NCBI GenBank assembly: GCA_951406725.2
Contig: OX597819.1
Coordinates: 117,242,001-117,306,000, forward strand
DNA: 64,000 bases
DNA from: Octopus vulgaris
Lineage: Eukaryota
Direction: 5' to 3'
The position numbers and the translations under genes are program-made. This document shows positions 39,063-52,889 of this stretch, piece by piece (positions within the stretch are counted from its first letter, which is position 1; each line of letters starts with the position of its first letter). The notes beneath the pieces were generated by a model. The model ran no database searches. It saw only the letters and a program-made list of their open reading frames with translations, and was not told the origin of the DNA.

Positions 39063-39368
39063 AGGGCGCGTGGTTTAATGGTTAGGGCATTCGGCTCATG
39101 ATCGTAAGGTTGTGAGTTCGATTCCCGGCCACGCGTTATGTCCTTGATCAAGACATTTTTTATTTCACGTTTCTCCAGTCCACTAAGCTGGTAAAAATGA
39201 GTAGTACCTGTATTTCAAAAAAGGGCCAGCCTTGTCACACTCTGTGTCAAGCTGAATCTCCTTGCGAACGACGCTAAGGCTACACGTGTCTGTGGAATGC
39301 TCACAAGCAAGCTGTTCCGTTGATCGTGTCAGCTAGGACCCACGCCCTCGTAACCGACGGAGTGCTCC
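39063..39368 (+). mobile_element. tRNA-derived SINE, family C (CORE-like TGTCCTTGA.CAAGACA.TTTA)
   Basis: A box TGGTTTAATGG, B box GAGTTCGATTCC; TSD TATAGGAAC at 39051-39059 and 39369-39377. Confidence 0.82.
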
Positions 39369-40019
39369 TATAGGAACTTTTACTTGTAGCCATGAAATAT
39401 TGAACACATTCCGTTAGTGATATCTATTTTCATGTAAAGTCACTGTCCAAACACAACACACAAACTACAAAATGAATGACGATTTTAAAGTTGATATGTT
39501 TATGATATCTTACACTCATTTTACATATTATTGTTCTACACCTCTTCGAACGTTACTACACTACGCTACTTATAAGCAGCGTAACTGTTGTAAATCTTTT
39601 ACAACACTGATTCCGAGATTGATTTTTATTCTTTAGCTAATGACACCGGATCATTTTTATGATCACGTTTCTTATAAATCAGTAACCGAAATGACCCATG
39701 TGCAAGACACGTAATAAGCATAGACACAAATACATTTCTTTGAAGTTGTTGTAACATTAATACGGAACGTGTGATCTATTTCCTCGAGAAAAAAATTAAA
39801 AGTTTTGATTTCTGTCTGGAAAGTGGAGAATGGATTTACTTAAATTTCTGTTTTATAACAATGTTTCTTCAGCTATTTCAGATATATACAGCCCGCCTCA
39901 CGTCTCTCATATACGTAGCATGTATTTCCTTCCGCAACGACCTTCTCCATCATTCGAATGTAATCCTCACTTCATCACGGATAGCAATTACTTTTGTCTG
40001 ACAGCTGTTATATCCATCC

Positions 40020-40161
40020 ATCTATGTATGTATGTATGTATGTATGTATGTATGTATGTATGTATGTATGTATGTATGTATGTATGTATGTATGTATGTA
40101 TGTATGTATGTATGTATGTATGTATGTATGTATGTATCTATCTATCTTTCTATCTATCTAT

Positions 40162-40201
<40 letters not shown>

Positions 40202-40208
40202 ACTATCC

Positions 40209-40269
<61 letters not shown>

Positions 40270-40315
40270 GCTAGCTAGCTAGCTAGCTAGCTAACTATCT
40301 ATCAGTCTATCTATC
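40020..40315. repeat. (TATG)n-(TCTA)n-(GCTA)n tetranucleotide array
   Basis: Read directly from the sequence. Confidence 0.95.
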
Positions 40316-40335
40316 CCAATTTTATATATATATAT

Positions 40336-40758
40336 ACTCTTTTACTCCTTTACTTGTTTCAGTCATTTGACTGCGGCCATGCTGGAGCACCGCCTTTAGT
40401 CGATCAAATCGACCCCAGGACTTATTCTTTTGTAAGCCCAGTACTTATTTTATCGGTCTCTTTGTTGCCGAACCGCTAGGTGACGGGGACATAAACACAC
40501 CGGCATCGGTTGTCAAGCAATGCTAGGGGGGCCAAACACAGACACACGCACACACACACACACGCATATATATATATATATATCTACATATATATGACGG
40601 GCTTCTTTCAGTTTCCGTCTACCAAATCCACTCACAAGGCTTTCGTCGGCCCGAGGCTATAGTAGAAGACACTTGCCCAAGGTGCCACGCAGTGGGACTG
40701 AACCCGGAACCATGTGGTTGGTAAACAAGCTACTTACCACACAGCCACTCCTACGCCA
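40336..40758 (-). mobile_element. SINE family A, full length
   Basis: Reverse complement of 41316-41730. Confidence 0.9.
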
Positions 40759-41066
40759 TATATATATATATATATTTAAATTTACATACATATGTACATA
40801 TATGTACACACATACACATACACATATATATATAGATGAGATTCAGATACTCTCCGTATAGAATTCATTTTGTAGTCCTCAAGAGATTTAAACTTGAGCA
40901 GGTGGAGGAATAAATATAAGAAGCAAGTTAGGCAAGCGGATATAGTAAATATATTAAATACGTTTAATTTCGTTTTGTGTATCGACTGGCCTGACTTGCT
41001 TCTCCTTACATTTACTCTTCTCTCTCTCTCTCTCTCTCTTTCTTTCTCTGTTTGTCTCTTTCGTTT

Positions 41067-41121
<55 letters not shown>

Positions 41122-41315
41122 AAAGTGTGAAAGTGTCAAAAGGAAGTGTAAGTACGGTTAGGCAGATTTTTAACGCGTTACTTTTAAATTGAAGTCAAAA
41201 TTTACTTGCGCAGACAGCGATTAAATACCGCCCGAGAAGATAGGTATAGATATTATTGCGCAGATAAATCGTTACTTAATTTGATTTAACTTACATTTAA
41301 AATTGAATCCTCCAT

Positions 41316-41730
41316 AGGCGCAGGAGTGGCTGTGTGGTAAGTAGCCTGCTAACCAACCACATGGTTGCGGGTTCAGTTCCACTGCGTGGCATCTTGGGCA
41401 AGTGTCTTCTGCTATAGCCCCGGGCCGACCAATGCCTTGTGAGTGGATTTGGTAGACGGAAACTGAAAGAAGCCTGTCGTATATGTGTATATATATGTAT
41501 ATATGTGTGTGTTTGTGTTTGTGTGTCTGTGTTTGTCCCCCTAGCATTGCTTGACAACCGATGCTAGTGTGTCTACGACCCCGCCACTTAGCGGTTCGGC
41601 AAAAGAGACCGATAGAATAAGTACTGGGCTTACAAAGAATAAGTTCCGGGGTCGATTTGATCGACTAAAGGCGGTGCTCCAGCATGGCCGCAGTCAAATG
41701 ACTGAAACAAGTAAAAGAGTAAAGAGAGTA
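41316..41730 (+). mobile_element. SINE family A, full length
   Basis: Same head, body and tail as 27644-28059. Confidence 0.9.
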
Positions 41731-41962
41731 TATATACGTAGATCTCTATGTATCGAAACATGTGTAGTGATCATTAAAAAGCTGCCTAACCATATTCATT
41801 CTTCCTTTTGACTTATTTACTCTTTACTTTTTCTTTATTTTCACATACGAGGAATACCTAAGACTAGAATCGGTAGCATACTATAATAATATTACCGGGT
41901 ATTTGGGAATTCTAAGGTTGAACGAGCTCTATTTCTACCTAATACATTCTTAACGGAACCTC

Positions 41963-42055
<93 letters not shown>

Positions 42056-42056
42056 T

Positions 42057-42613
42057 ATGTCAGGTCAATTTCGAGTGCTACTGGTAACATGTAACCCAGT
42101 ACTACCTGTTGCATGGTCGGGTCATCGGCGACAAAACCGGCAACCCCACCAAGCTCCCTTTGTGAGGAGGGTGTTTATTGGTCACTCTGCGGGATGAAAA
42201 ACAAAACCCGTCAAAGGACGGAGGAACTCTTGAGAGTCAACGGCCATCCAATTAATGTCTTACAGCCTAATGATGCGCGGGGACATAGAAATAATCGGAT
42301 TGAATACCCGTTCGCCCAGTTAAGCCATTGGGAGTGAAGGACTCCTAGCTTTTGTCAGGGCATCCTTCTAGGAGAAAGCAACTCAGTTAACTGGGATAAC
42401 TCCGACCTAAAACCTGCGGCTCAGTGGTTACCGATGATGTTGACTTGTTCTTCTTTTCGGATTATGGCTGCTGTTGCTTAGTGAGTGGGATTGACTCAGA
42501 GCACAGCCTTTCCTCACTTAAAAAATATCTTCTTGCACAGGCATTGTACGATAACAACATTGATTAAGCTTCGTGCAATGGCCCTACTAGATAACGAGGG
42601 GGCAGCCACCACC
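42057..42613 (+). mobile_element. GC-richer unclassified insert between (TA)n tracts, possibly RTE 5'UTR-derived
   Basis: Sharp composition change bounded by TA runs. GGGCATCCTTCTAGGAGAAAGCAACTC recalls RTE 5' UTRs. Single copy in this window. Confidence 0.4.
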
Positions 42614-42618
42614 ATATA

Positions 42619-42651
<33 letters not shown>

Positions 42652-42669
42652 CTATATGTATACATACAT

Positions 42670-42702
<33 letters not shown>

Positions 42703-43044
42703 GAGAATTATGTATAAACATATGTATATAAAGATATATATATATGTGTGCTATTGTGAGTATTTTTGTGTGTAATGGTGTGTCAATGTCTGTGCATTTT
42801 CACTATTGCTATATCAGTGAATATTCCAATTAGCTAATAAGTTGTGTTACTTAAATATGACACCCATAATCCTAATTTATATTCTAATATGAAATACGCA
42901 AGAGATTATTGTAGTAGTTGATACTGAAAAGTACATATTAATGTTACTATGTAAGCAAAAATAATCATAATTTTCAGATGAAAATGATTAGGATTTTCAT
43001 CAGTGATTCTATACTTAAAAAGGTTTGCAATATTAACATCTTAT

Positions 43045-43175
43045 TCCACCGAGGTTAACTTCGCCTTTCATCTTTTCGGGGTCGATAAAATCAGTACCAG
43101 ATAAGCACTCCCGTCGATGCAATCAACTTAACTCTTCTCCTGAAATGACGGCCCTTTTGCCAAAATTTGAAATCA
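43045..43175 (+). mobile_element. SINE family B core fragment
   Basis: GCCTTTCATCTTTTCGGGGTCGATAAAATCAGTACCAG. Confidence 0.7.
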
Positions 43176-44240
43176 ATATATATATCTGCTTTTTTTCTTC
43201 CTTTTGCACCGAAACCTCTGCACGATGTATGAACATTCTTTTCTAATCTTAATATAAACCAGCTCTTATCGTCTAGGCCGCATTCTTACATATACTTATC
43301 CAGACAATATAGACACAAATATAACTCGTAAATATTAGGTAATTTTTCGTTAAAATTATAACGTTTTTATCAAAATAATAATTTCGAAAATATAGATAGT
43401 TCACATGCTTATGTTAGAATAAAATCTATCGATGAACGTCAGCTACGTTGCATGGAAATAGTTATCAAACAACAGTAATTCATATCAATACAAATAACTA
43501 ATTATGCTTGTTTAAGCAAATTCTTCAAACCACTAATAATACACTTTTCAACTGCCAATGTTATTTGCGACCAATAATTTATAGTTTATTACTAAATTTT
43601 CTTTCTCCATATAACTCATAATCAATACACTCTCCGTGAATATAGCTGACAACATGTTGTTATACTTCCCAGTAAATCTTCTCTTTGTTGACTTTGGCAT
43701 TATTAAAAAGATTTGACTGCTTCTATAAAGTACATAAGATATCAGCTACTCTTTAAAACTACAAGGAGAAGCTAATTTTAGTACAGTGACCTCGTTATGA
43801 TTTATAGAATGCTTTTATTCGGACATATAAAATTGTTCTAATAGCAAACTGACAACAAATTCTGATGCCCCCCTACTGCACTACTCAGACACGGTCGGAA
43901 CTACTTTAAAATGTTTCAGAAATAATTATAAAAATTTTGTAGTAAGTAAAGTGATTTTTCTGTTATTAATAGTAGTGAAGTTGCTGAAAATTAGGAGTTA
44001 CGGCAATTTCTATTTCTTCTCACCAAAGATAGCTTTCAAGTTAGTTGTGCAAAACTGGTGAATGTAAGAGAAAAACAAAAGTGTATTTCTTTCATTAATG
44101 TAATCGATTCTCATTGTTGTATCTCGTGCTGTGAAAGAAAATGTTGAATTGATTAACATTGTTTATATATAAATCAATTATTGGTTTATATTTTTAAAAA
44201 ATCTGAAAGCTAAAAATCAGGACATTTATTGAAATACAAG

Positions 44241-44313
<73 letters not shown>

Positions 44314-45074
44314 TATAAACGTGTATGTGTTTTGTGAGTGAAAAACAACGGGAAAATATTTCATTCTTGCCTGTGTGGGTGAATATATATGTGTGAGTGA
44401 GTGTGTGTGTGAAAAAAAAAGGTAAATATTTTACCGTTACTTTTCATTGGAGTGTAATTTATGCGTATAACAGGTTTATAAGCAACAGACACTTTATATA
44501 TTTACAGCATTGTGCCCTACATTTTTATGAAATGATGCTTTTCTCCAAAAAATAGTCCATCTTCCTTCAGTATATTAGTATGCTGTGAATATTAGAATAT
44601 ATAGCACTATTACAACAAAGTGGATTTCTGACAAAGACGTGCAGTCTCTGAAATTTATGTAAATAGAAAATTGATTATCTGAAAATCTCACCTATTTAGA
44701 AATAAATAATTTGAAATAAGAAATAAAAAGCATCATGCTTGAAGGGTTGGCTATTAAAACACTATCAAGCAGGTGTATTTGATCTGAATGAGTGAACAAG
44801 TTTTATATTTTAAAATTGTCGCGAAGTTGACATCTCAAGAAACATTGAAATATGAGATAAAATTAGTAGCTTTCGGTTTCTTTTTAAACATATTTTCCAC
44901 GATGTAACACTTTCAGTCTCAAAACACGGTCTCAGATTATGTCACATGCCAGACAAGAGCAACACGGGATTTATAAATTTTCGTTACTGGGTATATCCAG
45001 AATCACTGAATATTGGGAGAAAATACGAACGCCTGTAATGAAAAGAATATAAATATTTATTTATTTTCCATTCT

Positions 45075-45138
45075 TACCCTTTTACTCTTTTACTTGTTTC
45101 AGTCATTTGACTGTGCCCATGCTGGAGCTCTGCCTTTC
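45075..45138 (-). mobile_element. SINE family A 3' tail fragment
   Basis: TTTTACTCTTTTACTTGTTTCAGTCATTTGACTGTGCCCATGCTGGAGC. Confidence 0.7.
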
Positions 45139-45483
45139 TAGACACACACACACAAACATATGTGTGAGTGTGTGTGTGTAGAAAGAGAGAGAGAGAGAGA
45201 ATGAGAGGGAGGGCGAGAGGAAGAAAGAGAAAGACAAAGTGATAACTATGCGAACAAAGAAATAAAGCTCCTCGGGCTTGATATAAAGAATATATTAATT
45301 TATTCCTTTGCTTGTATCTTTCATATGATTTTTTAGAACTCTCTGTCGGCTTTCTTCGAAACGCGTGCTTGTAGTGATAAATTACATGGTTATTGACGTT
45401 ATGTCTATTTTCGGCATATTTTGCCATTATAATTTTTTTCTCTTTCCCTTATTTATAAATTGTATATATATATAATTATATAT

Positions 45484-46457
45484 ATAAATTAATAAATAAA
45501 TAAAATATATGCATATATACATACATATATGTACGTACCTACCTCTACGTGTATATATACATGCATATATGGGTACAGGACACCAAAAAAACGTCGAACA
45601 CAATGAGAAACGAAAACATAAAAACAAAACCAAGGAAATGGCCATTTTTTTTAAAACAACGAAAAATTAGAGTACAGGATATACAAAACAAGGACAATTC
45701 CCCTTCTTCAGTCGCCTTAATTTCATCTACTCCACGTTTCTAAGGTCAAGGTGATACATGTCTTCAAGGAAATTTTCCTTCCCGCGAAAATCAAATTATG
45801 TAAAATTTGAGGTTTTCATTTTCGACGGGTGTCCAGTACCCATATATGCATGTATAAGACATGACACGGAGAATAGGTAGCACAAACAAGATATGGATGT
45901 ATATATGCCATACGATTTTAAATTATTTATTAACGCTTTATTATATGACAGAAGAACAGGTTAACGTCATCCCTTTCTAAGTACGGATTGTTCTATATAT
46001 ATATATATATATAGATATAGAGACGATCTCATCACGTGATTATGATACAAGGGAGGAGGATTGTACTAATAGGAATCTAGAAGGATATAAGAAAACTAGA
46101 GAAAAGAAGGGGAATGGTGGTAGATGAAGAATGAGAGAGAGACAGTAAGTGGAAGAAAAGGAAAGTCTAAATAATGAAGGCTGAGAAATGTATCGCCTTG
46201 ACCTTATGGAGTAGATGAAATTAAGGCGACTGAAGAAGGGGAATTTTCCTTGTTTTGTATGTCCTGTACACTATTTTTCTGTTGTTTTAAAAAAAATGTC
46301 CATTTCCTTGGCTTTGTGTTTATGTTTTCGTTTCTCATTGTGTTCGACGTTTTTTTTGTGTCCTGTACCCATATATGCATGTATATATACATGTAGAGGT
46401 AGGTACGTACATATATGGATGTATATATGCATATATTTTATTTATTTATTAATTTAT
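45484..46457. repeat. ~275-bp inverted repeat (arms 45484-45759 and 46188-46457)
   Basis: Arms are reverse complements; ORF-track peptides 45549+ and 46204- are nearly identical. Confidence 0.85.
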
Positions 46458-46521
46458 TATATGACAAAACGCACGCATCCCTTTCTAAGTAAGATTGTTC
46501 TATATATATATATATATATAT

Positions 46522-47950
46522 GGCTTATATAGAGACGATCTTCTATTAGTTACAAAGAATTGTACTAATAGGAATCTAGAAGGATATAAGAAAAAACTAT
46601 ATAATGTCTTTAAAAGATATGGTTTAAGTATTACTATATATAAGGAGAATTATAATGTTAATTATTTAGATGTTAATTTTAATCTAATTACAGGTAAAAC
46701 ACAACCATATCATAAACTTAATGAGAACCTTAGATATATAAATGCTAATAGTAATCACCCAATTTCTATTAAAAAATCGTTGATTAATAATATAAGTAAA
46801 CGTATTTCATTACTCTCTTATGATATAGAGATTTTTAATAAACATGCTACTTATTATAATGAGGCCCTTAGAGGGGCAGGTTATAATAGGAATATTAAAT
46901 TTTATAATGTTAGTGATAAAGATTTAAATGATAATTTTCGTGATACTTATAATAATAATTATAATTTTGTTAGTATTAGTGGTAAAAATAGTAGATATTA
47001 TAAAAATAATAATAAAAATGTTAAAAATAAAAATAAAAATAAAAATAATAATAAAAATAAGGATAATAAAAATAAAAATAAATTTAATAATAATTATAAT
47101 AATAATATTGATAAAATTAATAATATTAATAATTCCTTAAATGCTGTACATAGATATAATTCTGATAATACTTTTAATAAGATAAAGAATTATAAATATA
47201 TTTATAATAATGACATTAATAATAAGGTTAATAAGAATAAAATTTGGTTAATAGTTCCTTATGGTGATCAAGTAAAAACGAATATTTATCAAAGAGATTT
47301 TAGATGTTATAGAACTATTTATTAGAGAGAATCGTAAATATAGAAACATTTTCTCTAGTATTAATTTTGGAGTAGGTTATTCCATCACTAATAATATAGG
47401 TAACATTATTTCTTCATTTGATAAATTTAAACTGAATAATTTTTATAAAAATAAATTATTTGATAATATTAATAATAATGATAAGACTTATATTAATTGT
47501 ACTTGTAGAGATAAATCTAAATGTATTTTAAATAATAATTGTGATATTAACGATGTAGTGTATAAATGTATAGTTACATTACATGATAATAACTTTAAGA
47601 ATAATAATTACCCAAAAGCGGTTTATATAGGGTCTACTTCCTCAAAAATAAAATTAAGAATCGCACAACATATGAATTCTTTTAAAAATAAAAACTTAAT
47701 CAGCTCAACTGGACTTAGTAAGTACATATGGAGACTTAAATCACAAAATATTAATTATAGTTTAATTTGGGAAATAATTTGTAAAACTAAATCATATACT
47801 ATAGGAGCGAATTGCTGTTATTTATGCTCTAATGAGTTTAAAGAAATTTTATTTTATAAGTATGATCATTTACTTAATACAGGTGAAGAGCGCAAAATAA
47901 AATGCAGACATAGGTTTCTTTACCTATATAATAAGTTTCATGATAAATAA
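46522..47950 (+). pseudogene. Truncated PLE RT C-half + GIY-YIG endonuclease; +1 frameshift near 47286
   Basis: ORFs 46495-47325 and 47558-47950 match copy 1. AATATTTATCAAAG here versus AATATTATTAAAG in copy 1. Confidence 0.9.
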
Positions 47951-50748
47951 CAATAATAGTTCGCTATTAAAGGTTACTTTAGTTTAATATTAAGTTTAGT
48001 TTAGACTATTATATATCTTTAGTTATGTAGTTTAGGCTTTAATTATAGTTAGTCTTTAATTGATATTTCTTTGTTTTAATTAGTTCATGTTTAATGTTTT
48101 ATTAATATCTAACAGTTTATGGTACGTTAAAAATGTAATAATTTATATTAGATTTATTTTATTGTATTTACTTATTTATTTATTTTATTATGTATGTTAT
48201 ATGTATATTTGAGGATATATTATTTTGGATGATTGGGTGTATTTAGTGGTGTATATATCGAGTTTTGTATGTATGTGTGTATGTTTACGATCCCTTTGTA
48301 TTTTATTTGGTATGTTGAACATGGCAGTTTTATTTGGGTATTGTCTGTTATAATATACGTTTATATAGATATTTAGGAGATTGTCTGTGAATATGTAGGT
48401 ATGGGTGTGTATGTATGTGTGCGTGTGTACAAGTGCAAGTGTAGATGCGGGAGTGTATGAGTGCTATGTAATTGAGTGGGATTATTTATGCACTTGTATA
48501 CATGTATGTTTTGAATGTGCGTGTGTTTGCACCCGTCTGCGTGTACACACTCATATATAAATATATATATATATATTAATATTTATTTACTTTTTTGAAT
48601 GACTGTTTTTTTATATATATGTGTATGTGATGATATGTGTGAATGTATATATATATATATATATATATTTTTTATATATATATATGTTTATGTTTGTATA
48701 TGTATTTATTTAATAATTTATTGAGTGTGGGAATGAATATATTGGTGTATATATCGAGGTTTGTACGTATGTATATGTTTGTGAGTGTGTATATGGTTAT
48801 GTTTGTGGGTGTATGTATATATGTGTGTGTATTTGTGTGTGTTGTATTTTTGGTAAGGGGTTTTATCTTTTATTTGTATGTATGGATTTCATTTGTTTTA
48901 TTTAGAATTTTTTGGTCTTTAGTCCCTATGCATTTTAGCTTGGTTTGTTGTTCATGGTAGTTCTTATTGGGTATTGTTTTGTAGCCATTTATACGTATTT
49001 TGGATGTCTAGGAGAGTGTCCGTGAATATGCATGTTGATGGGTGTGTGTGCATGTTTGCGCGTGTATAAGTGCATGTGTAGATGTGGGAGTGCATGTGTA
49101 GATGTGGGAGTGCATGGTGCTATGTAAAAGTGTGTGCTTGTGTATGCACTTGTATACATGCATGATTGATGTGCGTGAGATTGCACCCATTTTTTAAGGA
49201 TGTATATGTTTATTTATCTGTATGGGTGTGGGAGTGAATTTTGGTGCATATATTGAGGTTTATACGTATGTATAGGTATGTGTGAGTGGGGTGGGTATTT
49301 GTATATGTTGTGGGTGTGTGTTTTACGTGTATGTATTTGTGTGTGAATGTATAGGTTAAGGGGATTGCTATATAGGTATGTTATAGTGTTTTGTAAAGGG
49401 AGGTTTTATCATTATATGTATTTATGAGTTTTCGTTTATCATGGTAGTTTTATTAAAGAATTTGTAGTAATTTCTGTATATTTAAGATGTTTGATATTTT
49501 ATTACATTATTCCATTCATAATTTTTAAGTAAAGTTCGTTTACCACGCGCGAATAATTTTTAATTCCATATATTCCATTCATAATTTTAAGTGACGTTCG
49601 TTTACATAGCGAGAAGACTTGTTATACATATGTTAGGTTCCTATGGTAACGTACTTTTGTTTGACGTTATAACGGCTAGAGTTTAATTTCAGTTCATAAA
49701 TTGAAACTGATTTGAAAGTATGTATAGATTTTTTCTCCTTATGGTAATCTTGTTACTTATGATATTCTCGTTAATTATGGAGTATTTTCTATATCGTATT
49801 ATGTGTAATAATGTTGTTTTTCTTTTGAGTGTTTATGTATGTGTGAATGTGTGTGTGTGTGTGCGTATTTTGGTTGTGTAATTTATTTATCTGTATGAGT
49901 GTGGGTGTGAACATATTGTTGTATATATCGAGTTTAGTACGTATGTATATGTATATGTGAGGGGGTATACCTATATGTTGTGTGTGTGTGTTTTACGTAT
50001 ATGTATTTGTGTGTGAATGTATATATGGAGATTGCTATATAGGTATAATTGTGTATGGTTAAAGGGAGTTTTATCATTATATGTATATATGGGTTTTTTT
50101 ATCATGATGGTTTATTAATGATTTGGAGTAAATTTTGTATATTTACGTTGATTATATATTATTCCATTCATAATTTTTTTAAAATACGTTCGATCACCAC
50201 GTGTAAAGAATTGTTTATTTTTCTTTTGAGTGTTTATGTATGTGTGAATGTGTGTGTGTGTGTGTGTGATTGTTTGCGTAATTTATTTATCTGTATAGAT
50301 GTGGGTGTGAATATATTGGTGTATATATCGAGTTCTGGATGTATGTGTGAGCGAGTATATGTATATTATTTATGTATGTGGGTTGTATGTATGTGTGAGT
50401 GAGTATGAATAAGTAATGTGTTGAAGTATTTGGATATTTTATTTATTTATCGTTGCCTAGACGTTTTTATGTGTATGTATAGGGATATATATATAGGTGT
50501 GTGAGTTAGTGTATGTGTTTAGATATGGTTATATATACTTAGTTATAAGTGTATGCGTATGTGTGTATATATAGTTTCTTTATCTTTTTGTTTTATATTT
50601 AATTGTTGTTGGGGTTGATTTTAGATTATATATTGATTATATATGGACTATATATAGGTTATATATAGATTATATATTTATATTTTTTTATTATTTTAAA
50701 ATTATTTTAAAATTATATTTTAATGTATTGATATTTTAGATCGGAAAT

Positions 50749-50791
50749 CCACCTGAAGATTGTCATTGAGGACATGAAACAATTGTAGTGG
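50749..50791 (+). ncRNA. Minimal type I hammerhead ribozyme (PLE copy 2)
   Basis: CCAC-CUGAAGA-U UGUC(AUUGAG)GACA U-GAAAC(AAUU)GUA-GUGG; stem III ACAAUUGU is palindromic. Confidence 0.88.
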
Positions 50792-50922
50792 CGGTTTTTT
50801 TTTACTTTTTATTAAAATTTTATGTATTGATTAAGTTTTTCCTTGTTTGTTTTACAAAATAGTGGTTTTGTCTCTAATTAATATTATATACATATATATA
50901 TATACATACATACATATATGTA

Positions 50923-50988
<66 letters not shown>

Positions 50989-51764
50989 TACACACACACG
51001 CACACACATATATATTTCTCCACCAACTATGTCAATTCGCACCATTGAAAGATACGAACAATCATATGATACGCGAGTGGTACGCCAGATGCTCTTCAAA
51101 TCTATCGGAGATCTCAAAATACATTTTAATTTCCACAATGATCAGAACTTAACTTCAGCTCTAGCTGGTACAAATCGGATGTGCAATCTAAGTGGGTGTG
51201 TTTTCAAAACAGTATCTGTTTTAAAAAGCCACATCATCTAAGGTGTAAGTACAGAAGGTAGTCAAGCTGTGCATGAGGAATAGACAACCACCACCAAGTC
51301 TTCGTGTGATTGTCACAAACTTCTTATTTAAATCTGCAAATTTCATTTTTGTAATGATAAATCCTAAGCTTCTGATAATGCATTTAAAGGCCAATCTTCT
51401 TCCGCTACGACTTACGCTGCAGGTTTCAGCATGATGTGTCGATGGTAACTGGTTGCGAAGTCGACAAGAGTGTGTCTGCAAAACTGAAATATAATATACA
51501 CAATGTAGTTCTATCGCTGTACAGTGATTATTTTTGTTATCGTACATTTTCTCACTTAGAAGATCTGACTTACGCATATACATATGAATATGTATTTGAA
51601 GATCTGCGGGATCATAACTTTATCATATGTACGCCAAAATTGTAACTCTGGCTAAGCCGTGCAAGTGCGTTATTAACTGAGTTTCAATATACCGTCGGTT
51701 TTAACCTAAACCTACCCAAGACGCTTTTACATTATATGATATATGTTATACCTATGTTAACTAT

Positions 51765-52100
51765 GAAGGCGCGTGGATCAGTGGTTACAGCGTCGAGCTT
51801 ACGATCGTGAGGTTGTGAGCTCGAATCCCGGACTAGGCTGCGTGTTGTCTTCTTGAGCAAGGCACTTTATTTCACGTTGCTCCAGTTCACTCAGCTGTAG
51901 AAATGAGTTGCGACATCACAGGTGCCAAGCTGTATCGGCGGTTGCCTTTCCCTTGGATAACACTGGTGGTGTGGAGAGGGGAGGTCGTTATGCATGGGCG
52001 ACTACTGGTCTTCCATAAACAACCCTGCCCGGATTTGTGCCAGACAGGGTAACCTTCTAGGTGCAATGCCTTGGTCTGTGTCATGACCGAAGGGGGTCTC
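51765..52100 (+). mobile_element. tRNA-derived SINE related to family C
   Basis: GGCGCGTGGATCAGTGGTTA..GAGCTCGAATCCCGG..CTTGAGCAAGGCACTTTATTTCACGTTGCTCCAGT; head and core shared with 39063. Confidence 0.8.
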
Positions 52101-52825
52101 AGAATGTTAATTATAGACATGTCATTTTTCTGCACAAGAGCAGTTTGCAATTTTGTAAGTTGTATTTAAATATCCATTGGAATCTCGAATTTCAGGTGTC
52201 TGCCTACAGCGAAATCTTAATGCTTGGTTTGTTGGTGCAACCTGAAGAAACTTGGGTACTAGACATTTGGGCTCATTAAAATAATTAACTTTTCACTATA
52301 TGACAAAATTGTTTCCTTTCATGTGAATATACTGCATGTTTACGCGCCAAAGATGCAATTTTGGAAAATAATATTGCAAATGAATAGTGTTAGCGAACCG
52401 TGAATAAGTAATATTTGTGAAACGTTTGCTGCTCAAAGTGTATTAGAAATATAAACAAGTTGAAATTCATTTATGAAAATTTTGATGTCATCATAACGTA
52501 ATCTACATGCCTTTTGAACATCTTGAGAGCTTTCGTCTAGGGAATAACATGTTTGCATTTCTGTGAACCTCTCTTCTTAAACGTCAAGCATATGATTTTG
52601 TTATCCTTGTATCCGGAATACTATTTGCCTTATTGATGGCATGTTTATCTATCAAAGGAAACCGAATTAAATCTGATTAACTCGTAAGATAATGTGTTCC
52701 GGTGATCGGGATTAGTTAGCCTATTGGAAATCATCAAAGTCCGTTCTTAAAAGAGTTCTATATCACATGTATTTTTTTATTTAGTCTTCGTAAGCTTTCG
52801 TCAACTTTCCTCGTATATCAAATTA

Positions 52826-52889
<64 letters not shown>

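Larger units (their letters stand above)
46521..50885 (+). mobile_element. Second, 5'-truncated copy of the PLE family at 1021-10962
   Basis: Begins at GLYRDD (equivalent to ~4522) and is colinear through the EN and pLTR end. Hammerhead at 50749-50791; (TA)n on both flanks. Confidence 0.94.

Noticed and set aside
39063-39135. tRNA gene (also at 51765)
   Set aside because: The head continues into a SINE core and tail, with a TSD at the 39063 copy, and there is no proper cloverleaf.
46228-46256. CTGAAGA-AGGGG/TCCTT as a hammerhead
   Set aside because: It is followed by GTTT rather than GAAA, with no stem III or cleavage triplet.
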